This document shows, one piece after another, positions 48,506 through 58,200 of a stretch of 64,000 bases of DNA. Each line of letters begins with the position of its first letter. Within the stretch, counting starts at the first letter, position 1. Source of the stretch: an uncultured Actinomycetota bacterium (GTDB lineage Bacteria; Actinomycetota; Acidimicrobiia; Spongiisociales; UBA4744); contig CAWGNJ010000002.1 of NCBI GenBank assembly GCA_963823915.1, forward strand, positions 335,192-399,191, given 5' to 3'. The translations under genes were made by a program, and so were the position numbers. Under the pieces are notes generated by a model. It saw only the letters and a list, made by a program, of their open reading frames with translations. It was not told where the DNA came from and ran no database searches.

Positions 48506-49517
48506 TTGTATCCCACGTATCCCAGACGTCGCCGCCGGCGTGGTGCGTTGTTGGCGCTGGTGCTCGTGTCGGTGATTGCGGTGGTGTTCATCGCTGCGGG
48601 CAGCCTGCGCTCAGATACTCGCGCCCTGGTTGCCTACCTGGAGGAGGCCCGGGAAGTGGCGCTTGAACACAGCGATCAGTCGGTCGAGTTCAAAGATCGA
48701 GTCATTTCCGGCTTGCAGACTCTCGACAGGGACCGCCTAAACACATTGATGACCCAAATGATCGAGACGGCCAACAGCTCGTCGACCAGGCTGGACTCGG
48801 TCGGCGTTCCGCCGGATGCTGCTCGGGCCGCGGCCGCCCTGTCGCTGGCCGTCACGTCGTGGCAGACGGGCCTGACAGACTTCGAGGAAGCCTTGCTGAA
48901 CGTCATCCCTGATCCTGGTGGCGCGGTGCCGATCGGGAGTCTGGCCGACGTTCTGGTCGATCTCGAGGTTGGTGATCGGGCCTACACCCGGTTCGTCGAG
49001 GAAGCCGAGGCATTGCGAAGCGAAGCCGACGTGGAGCTCGGGGAGTACCCGGACGTGGGATATCTGTCCGTTGCACTGTCGTCGCTCACCTACGCCGAAC
49101 GTTTGGCGGGGGTTGCTTCTCGTTCAGAAGGCCTGGCGCTGAGTCGCGATCCTGGCGATTGCCACCGTTCGCCTTGAACCCGTAGAAACGGGGGGGATCA
49201 CCGACGGGGCCCCGATTCTTCCGAATACGGACACCCTCCTCATCCAGGTGGTGGTCGTCAATCAGGGGAATCGGGACGAGGAGGAAGTAACGGTTTCGAT
49301 CGTCATGGAGGATTCGCAAGGAGCAGTGCTCGAGGAGCGCTCCGAGGATTTGGCAGAACTGGAAGCCGGCGGCAGCCTGACGGTCGAATTCGCCGATCTG
49401 GCAGTGCCGGCCGGGGAGAGACTGGTTGCGACCCTCAGCATCACGCTTGTGGACGGTGAGCTGGATACCGACAACAATCGCCGAGAAGTGCCCTTTTTCG
49501 TGAACGAGCCGGCATGA
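48506..49517 (+). CDS. hypothetical membrane-anchored protein with a CARDB-like C-terminal domain, with a frame break near 49150
   Basis: The N-terminus has an RRRRRR-TM segment (ALLALVLVSVIAVVFIAAG). The C-terminal piece (ORF 49248..49517) reads VVVVNQGNRDEEEVTVSIVMED...LEAGGSLTVEF. The pieces are colinear across frames. Confidence 0.5.
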
Positions 49518-49963
49518 GCACAGGTCTGTGGATCATCGTTGTGGTTTTGGCCTTAGCCTCCGCCTGGTTGGCGTGGGAGGTAGTCAACCTGAAGCAAAGC
49601 GTCTCGGGAATCCCCCTCGGCGATGACGAGCTCTACGACTTGCTTCACCGGATCGAGAACGAATTGGGTCTCCACGATGCCGCCATCTCTGATCTCCAAG
49701 AGCGAATGCTGCACTTGGAACAGCGGTCGTTGACATCGCTGCGGCGGACCGGGGTCATCAACTACGACGCCTACGGAGACGTGGGGGGCGCTCGGTCGCG
49801 ATCCATCGCCCTTCTGGATGACGAGGGGAGCGGACTGGTAGTGAGTGTGCTGGTCTCCCGGACGGAAACGTCTTTCTACCTGAAGAGGATCGCGGCTGGA
49901 GTTCCCGAAGAACCGGTCTCCCCGGAGGAACGAGAGGTCATCAACCGGGCACTCCAGCTGTAG
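49514..49963 (+). CDS. hypothetical single-TM protein (DUF4446-like)
   Basis: 149 aa. The TM helix is LWIIVVVLALASAWLAW, then a coiled region and ...GVINYDAYGDVGGARSRSIALLDDEGSGLVVSVL. The family assignment is from memory only. Confidence 0.45.
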   Translation: MSTGLWIIVVVLALASAWLAWEVVNLKQSVSGIPLGDDELYDLLHRIENELGLHDAAISDLQERMLHLEQRSLTSLRRTGVINYDAYGDVGGARSRSIALLDDEGSGLVVSVLVSRTETSFYLKRIAAGVPEEPVSPEEREVINRALQL

Positions 49964-49975
49964 CATCCGGGCAAC

Positions 49976-51232
49976 ATGATCGATCTGGCCATATTGAGAG
50001 AAACCCCGGATGCCCTTCGCGAGGCTTTGGCGCGCCGCCAAGCAGACATCGACGTTGATCAACTGATCGACCTGGATGAGCGACGCAGGGCCGTGAGAAG
50101 CGAAGCCGAACAGACTCGCGCTGAACAGAAACTGGCCGGCAAGGAGATCTCACGCCTGGAGGGCGAAGCCCGGCAAAAGGCTATCGACGACGCCGGGCAG
50201 ATGGCTGAAACCTACAAACGCCTTCTCGCGGAGGCAGACGAACTCGACGAACGTTTCCAAGATCTGTGGATCAACGTTCCCAACATGGCCCACCCATCGG
50301 CCCCGGACGGAACTACCGAGGCAGATGCTGTTGAAGTGAGTCGGTGGGGGACGCCGTACCCATTTGATTTTCCAGTTCGGGATCATCAAGAACTCGGAGA
50401 ATCGCTCGGGATCATCGACGTAGAGCGCGGGGTGCGATTGTCCGGATCGCGGTTCGCCTTTCTGAAGGGTGGAGCGGCCCTCCTGGGGTTGGGCCTCGTG
50501 CGATTTGCGATGGATCGTCTCACCGGGGAGGGGTTCACGGCCGTAGTGCCGCCCGTGCTCGTGCGCGAGGAGGCGCTGTTCGGCACGGGCTTCTTCCCGA
50601 GCGAACGCGACCAGGTCTACGCGGTCGAGCGTGATGAGCTGTTCTTGGTCGGCACGTCGGAAGTTTCCCTGGCCGCCCTTCACCTCGACGAGATTCTCGA
50701 CGGAGAGGAGCTACCGATTCGCTACGCCGGCTTTTCCAGCTGTTTCCGTCGGGAAGCCGGTACCTATGGCAAGGACACCCGGGGCATCTTTCGGATGCAC
50801 CAATTCGACAAAGTCGAGATGTTCTCGTTTTGCCATCCCGATCATTCGTGGCAAGAGCACGACTACATGTTGTCGATTGAAGAGCAGGTCCTGCAGGACC
50901 TCGAGCTTCCCTACCGGGTCGTGAATGTTGCTGCAGGCGATTTGGGCGCTCCGGCGGCGAAGAAATACGACATTGAGGTGTGGGTTCCCTCCCAGGAGAC
51001 CTTCCGAGAGATCACCTCGTGTTCGAATACCACCGATTACCAGGCGCGCCGTCTCCGGGCGAGGTTCAAAGACGAGACGGGGAACCGTCTGGTTCACACT
51101 CTCAACGGGACGGTGGTAACCAGCTCGCGGACTGTGCTGGCCATCATCGAGAACCACCAACAAGCCGACGGTTCGATCAGGATTCCTGCTGCGCTCCGTC
51201 CGTACGTTGGGTTCGACACCATCGCACCGTGA
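49976..51232 (+). CDS. serS: serine--tRNA ligase
   Basis: 418 aa, with the N-terminal coiled-coil arm and class II motifs (FRREAG..., GTSEVSLAALH, ...TLNGTVVTSSRTVLAIIENHQ). Confidence 0.95.
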   Translation: MIDLAILRETPDALREALARRQADIDVDQLIDLDERRRAVRSEAEQTRAEQKLAGKEISRLEGEARQKAIDDAGQMAETYKRLLAEADELDERFQDLWINVPNMAHPSAPDGTTEADAVEVSRWGTPYPFDFPVRDHQELGESLGIIDVERGVRLSGSRFAFLKGGAALLGLGLVRFAMDRLTGEGFTAVVPPVLVREEALFGTGFFPSERDQVYAVERDELFLVGTSEVSLAALHLDEILDGEELPIRYAGFSSCFRREAGTYGKDTRGIFRMHQFDKVEMFSFCHPDHSWQEHDYMLSIEEQVLQDLELPYRVVNVAAGDLGAPAAKKYDIEVWVPSQETFREITSCSNTTDYQARRLRARFKDETGNRLVHTLNGTVVTSSRTVLAIIENHQQADGSIRIPAALRPYVGFDTIAP

Positions 51233-51865
51233 GCGAACGGGCCCAAGGCCAGGAAGTCTTCTCCGGCATCGCCCGACGCTACGACCGCCTCAACCGAATT
51301 CTGTCCCTAGGCCGGGAGCAAGCCTGGCGTCGCACCGGGGCGGACCGGCTTCCGGCCGGTCGACTGCTGGATCTGGGAGCGGGAACCGGGGGAGCGGGAC
51401 CGGTCTTCGGCAATCGGCAAGTGGTCGCCTTGGATCCCGTGGTCGAGATGCTGGCGCTCAATCCTTCCCAAGCCAAGGTGGTAGGGATCGGGGAGGCCCT
51501 GCCGTTCGCCGACGGCTCTTTCGACAGCGTGTTTTCTTCCTACGTGTTTCGCAATCTGACCTCTATCCCCACCACGCTGACGGAAGTCAGTCGTGTCCTG
51601 CGCCCCGGCGGAAAAGCCGTCATCATCGGATTGGGCCGGCCGGTGGGAACACTGTCGGCCGCGCTGCATCGAGCTGGTACCGCAGTTGTCCTTCCGCTGG
51701 TCGGCGCCGCAGTTGGGGCGCGACGACGAGTACACCTATCTCCATCGCTCGCTCGACAAGCTGCCACCTCCCGAGGAGTTGTTCGCCGGCGGACCACTGC
51801 AGGTCGAAGACATCTGGAGGATGGGCCCACTCGGTTTTGTGTACGGAGCACTTTTGCGGAAGTAG
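51229..51865 (+). CDS. UbiE/MenG-family class I SAM methyltransferase, with a frame break near 51700-51725
   Basis: The GTG overlaps the serS stop (GTGA). VFSGIARRYDRLNRILSLGREQAWRR...LLDLGAGTGG...SYVFRNLTSIP...LRPGGKAVIIGLGRP, then (shifted, ORF 51593..51865) EYTYLHRSLDKLPPPEEL...GPLGFVYGALLRK. Confidence 0.7.
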
Positions 51866-51880
51866 GGCCGGCTGCAACGG

Positions 51881-51895
51881 CTCACCCTCGGTGAG
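51881..51895 (+). terminator. short hairpin after the methyltransferase gene
   Basis: ctcacc-ctc-ggtgag, 16 nt after the stop. There is no clear U-tract. Confidence 0.3.
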
Positions 51896-52227
51896 AAGTA
51901 CGGTGTCACTAGTACCGCGACGCTTTCCTGCGGGTTCGGCTGGGGATGAGAGAGGGCTGATCATTGGATCCGTGGATTCCGGAGCCGGCACTCAATCAAC
52001 CTCACGTAACCATTTTCGCCCCGTACAGCCAGCGAACGCCGGTAGCAGTACTGAAGGCTGAGTACTGGGGACGGGGCGGGCTGCCGTGGAAGCCTGCTTG
52101 GTTGCCTGGTGCACTGCCCCGACGGAGGGTTAGAACGCTGACTAGCATCTCTGGCCTATCCCAACTTGGCCAAACCGCCTCTACAACGGTCTTGGTCGGG
52201 GGCCGATGAGAGGGTTTCAGCCTGTCT

Positions 52228-55200
52228 TTGGGAATGACTACGCGATGGGGGCGTCATGAGTTGGATGACATGTTGAGTGGTCTGTTCGGTCGCGGGCGCG
52301 AGCAATTTGTTGCGGCAAATCGCCATGAGTTGACGTGGCCATCCTCTTGTTTTCGATTTCTCTCCCTGGTCCTCTCGGTCGGACTGATTGCCGGCGTGCT
52401 GACCGGAACTGCTCAGGGACAGATTTCACCCACCCGGGTTGGTGGGGCGGTGGTTGAGTATTTGTTTTTGGAGGGTTCTGGTTCGGTGGTGGGGGATTCG
52501 TCGGGGTTTGGTGTCCCGTTGGATTTGACTGTTGATGATGTGGGGGCGGTGTCGTGGGTTTCGGGTGGGGGTTTGTCGGTTGATTCCCCAACGTTGATCA
52601 CGTCGGGGGTGGCTGCTTCGAAGGTGATTGATGCGGTTGTGGATTCGGGGGAGATCACGGTTGAGTTGTGGGTGGATACGGCTGATATCACCCAGTGGGC
52701 ACCGGCGCGGATGGTGTCCATTTCGGCTGATTCGTTGAATCAGAACATGGTGGTTGGTCAGGGTTCGGTGGTGGCGGGGACGGGTGATCAGATCGAAGCG
52801 CGGATGCGGACTACCGCGACGACTTCGTATGGGTATCCGGCCACGGTCACGTCGGGTGGTTTCGTAGACCGGTTGATGCATGTGGTGTTCACCCGGACGG
52901 CGGGTGGGGCGACGGTCATCTATTTGGATGGGGTCCCGGTCGAAACCGATTCGGTGGGGGGCAGCCTCTCGGTGTGGGACCCTTCCTATCCGCTGAATCT
53001 GGCAAACGAGTTTTCCCAGGATCGGCCCTGGTTAGGCGAGTTCTGTCTGGTAGCTATCTACGACCAAGTCCTCGACGCCTCCGGAGTCGACAACAACTAC
53101 CAAGCCGGCTGCCCCACCACCCCACCGGAGCCGGATGTGGAGCCGCCGGTGATTTCGTTGGTGGGGGCGGATCCGCAGGTGTTGGAGGTGAATGTTGATT
53201 CGTATGTGGAGTTGGGGGCTACTGCGTTTGATGTGGTGGATGGTGATCTGACGGCCAATGTGAGCATTGATGCTTTGGGGGTGGATACCTCTTTGGTTGG
53301 TTCGTATTCGGTGACTTATGACGTGTCGGATTCGTCGGGGAACCCGGCGGTGCAGGTGGTGCGCACGGTGGAGGTGGTTGATACGACTGCGCCGGTGATT
53401 TCGTTGTTGGGGGCGGATCCGCAGACGGTGGTGGTTGGTGGTTTGTATGTGGAGTTGGGGGCGGTGGTTACTGATAATCAGTCGGGTCCGTTGGGTTTGG
53501 TGATTGACGCTTCGGGGGTGGATGTTTCGACGGCCGGTCCGTATTCGGTGACTTATGACGTGACCGATGATGAGGGGAACTCGGCGATCCAGAAGGTCCG
53601 CACCGTCAACGTGGTGGCTCCGGATGTGGAGCCGCCGGTGATTTCGTTGGTGGGGGCGGATCCGCAGGTGTTGGAGGTGAATGTTGATTCGTATGTGGAG
53701 TTGGGGGCTACTGCGTTTGATGTGGTGGATGGTGATCTGACGGCCAATGTGAGCATTGATGCTTTGGGGGTGGATACCTCTTTGGTTGGTTCGTATTCGG
53801 TGACTTATGACGTGTCGGATTCGTCGGGGAACCCGGCGGTGCAGGTGGTGCGCACGGTGGAGGTGGTTGATACGACTGCGCCGGTGATTTCGTTGTTGGG
53901 GGCGGATCCGCAGACGGTGGTGGTTGGTGGTTTGTATGTGGAGTTGGGGGCGGTGGTTACTGATAATCAGTCGGGTCCGTTGGGTTTGGTGATTGACGCT
54001 TCGGGGGTGGATGTTTCGACGGCCGGTCCGTATTCGGTGACTTATGACGTGACCGATGATGAGGGGAACTCGGCGATCCAGAAGGTCCGCACCGTCAACG
54101 TGGTGGAGAACACGCCGCCGGTGGCGGTTGATGATGGGGATCCGGTTCCGGTTTCGACCGTCGAGGGAGCGACGGTGGTGGTGGATGTGTTGGCGAATGA
54201 TGGGGATCCGGATGGGCAGTTGGATCCGAGTTCGGTGGTGGTAGTCGATCCGCCTGGGAAGGGGACGATCTCTGGTATCGACGGGGTGACCGGAGCGATT
54301 GCCTATGCGCCTTCTGGAGTGGGTCTCGACGCGTTCACTTATACGGTTCGGGACAACCTGGGGGGTGTTTCGAATCCGGCCACGGTCACCGTCAATGTGA
54401 TCCCGGCTGATGTTCGGGTTGGTGGGGCGGTGGTTGAGTATTTGTTTTTGGAGGGTTCTGGTTCGGTGGTGGGGGATTCGTCGGGGTTTGGTGTCCCGTT
54501 GGATTTGACTGTTGATGATGTGGGGGCGGTGTCGTGGGTTTCGGGTGGGGGTTTGTCGGTTGATTCCCCAACGTTGATCACGTCGGGGGTGGCTGCTTCG
54601 AAGGTGATTGATGCGGTTGTGGATTCGGGGGAGATCACGGTTGAGTTGTGGGTGGATACGGCTGATATCACCCAGTGGGCACCGGCGCGGATGGTGTCCA
54701 TTTCGGCTGATTCGTTGAATCAGAACATGGTGGTTGGTCAGGGTTCGGTGGTGGCGGGGACGGGTGATCAGATCGAAGCGCGGATGCGGACTACCGCGAC
54801 GACTTCGTATGGGTATCCGGCCACGGTCACGTCGGGTGGTTTCGTAGACCGGTTGATGCATGTGGTGTTCACCCGGACGGCGGGTGGGGCGACGGTCATC
54901 TATTTGGATGGGGTCCCGGTCGAAACCGATTCGGTGGGGGGCAGCCTCTCGGTGTGGGACCCTTCCTATCCGCTGAATCTGGCAAACGAGTTTTCCCAGG
55001 ATCGGCCCTGGTTAGGCGAGTTCTGTCTGGTAGCTATCTACGACCAAGTCCTCGACGCCTCCGGAGTCGACAACAACTACCAAGCCGGCTGCCCCACCAC
55101 CCCACCGGAGCCGGATGTGGAGCCGCCGGTGATTTCGTTGGTGGGGGCGGATCCGCAGGTGTTGGAGGTGAATGTTGATTCGTATGTGGAGTTGGGGGCT

Positions 55201-58200
55201 ACTGCGTTTGATGTGGTGGATGGTGATCTGACGGCCAATGTGAGCATTGATGCTTTGGGGGTGGATACCTCTTTGGTTGGTTCGTATTCGGTGACTTATG
55301 ACGTGTCGGATTCGTCGGGGAACCCGGCGGTGCAGGTGGTGCGCACGGTGGAGGTGGTTGATACGACTGCGCCGGTGATTTCGTTGTTGGGGGCGGATCC
55401 GCAGACGGTGGTGGTTGGTGGTTTGTATGTGGAGTTGGGGGCGGTGGTTACTGATAATCAGTCGGGTCCGTTGGGTTTGGTGATTGACGCTTCGGGGGTG
55501 GATGTTTCGACGGCCGGTCCGTATTCGGTGACTTATGACGTGACCGATGATGAGGGGAACTCGGCGATCCAGAAGGTCCGCACCGTCAACGTGGTGGCTC
55601 CGGATGTGGAGCCGCCGGTGATTTCGTTGGTGGGGGCGGATCCGCAGGTGTTGGAGGTGAATGTTGATTCGTATGTGGAGTTGGGGGCTACTGCGTTTGA
55701 TGTGGTGGATGGTGATCTGACGGCCAATGTGAGCATTGATGCTTTGGGGGTGGATACCTCTTTGGTTGGTTCGTATTCGGTGACTTATGACGTGTCGGAT
55801 TCGTCGGGGAACCCGGCGGTGCAGGTGGTGCGCACGGTGGAGGTGGTTGATACGACTGCGCCGGTGATTTCGTTGTTGGGGGCGGATCCGCAGACGGTGG
55901 TGGTTGGTGGTTTGTATGTGGAGTTGGGGGCGGTGGTTACTGATAATCAGTCGGGTCCGTTGGGTTTGGTGATTGACGCTTCGGGGGTGGATGTTTCGAC
56001 GGCCGGTCCGTATTCGGTGACTTATGACGTGACCGATGATGAGGGGAACTCGGCGATCCAGAAGGTCCGCACCGTCAACGTGGTGGCTCCGGATGTGGAG
56101 CCGCCGGTGATTTCGTTGGTGGGGGCGGATCCGCAGGTGTTGGAGGTGAATGTTGATTCGTATGTGGAGTTGGGGGCTACTGCGTTTGATGTGGTGGATG
56201 GTGATCTGACGGCCAATGTGAGCATTGATGCTTTGGGGGTGGATACCTCTTTGGTTGGTTCGTATTCGGTGACTTATGACGTGTCGGATTCGTCGGGGAA
56301 CCCGGCGGTGCAGGTGGTGCGCACGGTGGAGGTGGTTGATACGACTGCGCCGGTGATTTCGTTGTTGGGGGCGGATCCGCAGACGGTGGTGGTTGGTGGT
56401 TTGTATGTGGAGTTGGGGGCGGTGGTTACTGATAATCAGTCGGGTCCGTTGGGTTTGGTGATTGACGCTTCGGGGGTGGATGTTTCGACGGCCGGTCCGT
56501 ATTCGGTGACTTATGACGTGACCGATGATGAGGGGAACTCGGCGATCCAGAAGGTCCGCACCGTCAACGTGGTGGAGAACACGCCGCCGGTGGCGGTTGA
56601 TGATGGGGATCCGGTTCCGGTTTCGACCGTCGAGGGAGCGACGGTGGTGGTGGATGTGTTGGCGAATGATGGGGATCCGGATGGGCAGTTGGATCCGAGT
56701 TCGGTGGTGGTAGTCGATCCGCCTGGGAAGGGGACGATCTCTGGTATCGACGGGGTGACCGGAGCGATTGCCTATGCGCCTTCTGGAGTGGGTCTCGACG
56801 CGTTCACTTATACGGTTCGGGACAACCTGGGGGGTGTTTCGAATCCGGCCACGGTCACCGTCAATGTGATCCCGGCTGATGTTCGGGTTGGTGGGGCGGT
56901 GGTTGAGTATTTGTTTTTGGAGGGTTCTGGTTCGGTGGTGGGGGATTCGTCGGGGTTTGGTGTCCCGTTGGATTTGACTGTTGATGATGTGGGGGCGGTG
57001 TCGTGGGTTTCGGGTGGGGGTTTGTCGGTTGATTCCCCAACGTTGATCACGTCGGGGGTGGCTGCTTCGAAGGTGATTGATGCGGTTGTGGATTCGGGGG
57101 AGATCACGGTTGAGTTGTGGGTGGATACGGCTGATATCACCCAGTGGGCACCGGCGCGGATGGTGTCCATTTCGGCTGATTCGTTGAATCAGAACATGGT
57201 GGTTGGTCAGGGTTCGGTGGTGGCGGGGACGGGTGATCAGATCGAAGCGCGGATGCGGACTACCGCGACGACTTCGTATGGGTATCCGGCCACGGTCACG
57301 TCGGGTGGTTTCGTAGACCGGTTGATGCATGTGGTGTTCACCCGGACGGCGGGTGGGGCGACGGTCATCTATTTGGATGGGGTCCCGGTCGAAACCGATT
57401 CGGTGGGGGGCAGCCTCTCGGTGTGGGATCCGTCCTATCCGCTGAATCTGGCAAACGAGTTTTCCCAGGATCGGCCCTGGTTGGGCGAGTTCTGTCTGGT
57501 AGCTATCTACGACCAAGTCCTCGACGCCTCCGGAGTCGACAACAACTACCAAGCCGGCTGCCCCACCACCCCACCGGCCAATCGGCCTCCTGTGTTCAAT
57601 CAGGACCTCCGAGATCGAACCGATCCGGAAGGCGCCCAGGTCAACCTGGGTGCGTCGGCCTTCGACCCGGATACCGATCCCATCCTCTACGGAGAAGACG
57701 GCCTCCCGCCCGGCCTTTCGATTGACTCGAACACTGGGCTGATCTCCGGGGCGGTTGCCGTAGATGCCAGCCTGACCAGCCCCTATGACGTGACGATCAC
57801 GGCCGCCGATGGTGAATTTCTCGTCACCGATACCTTCCAGTGGACGATCGTTGGCCAGGACGCTGATTCCCCGGTGGTCGAATCCGGCCTGCAATTGTCG
57901 GTTGCCGGCGGATCTCCGATCGGAACGGAAGTAGGTCGAGTCATTGCCATCGACAACCTGGCAGTGGTTTCGTTCGCCGTCTCCGGTGGGACCGGCACCG
58001 GAGTCTTTGATATCGACGAGACCGGTATGGTCACGCTGGTCGACCCGTCTCAACTCGACTTCCCGACGAACCCGGTCTATTCGCTGCTGGTGGTCGCCTC
58101 CGATGCTGAAGGAAACGCGTCTCCGTCCACCGAAGTGACGATCGTGGAGGAGGGATTCGGTTGGCAGCGACTCTCCAGTCAAGCGGGAGACCTGCCGGCT

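Noticed and set aside
52435-57576. Diversity-generating retroelement (template/variable repeat) explanation for the repeated modules
   Set aside because: There is no reverse transcriptase gene anywhere in the window. The copies are identical rather than differing at adenine positions, and the three differences seen are synonymous transitions/transversions.
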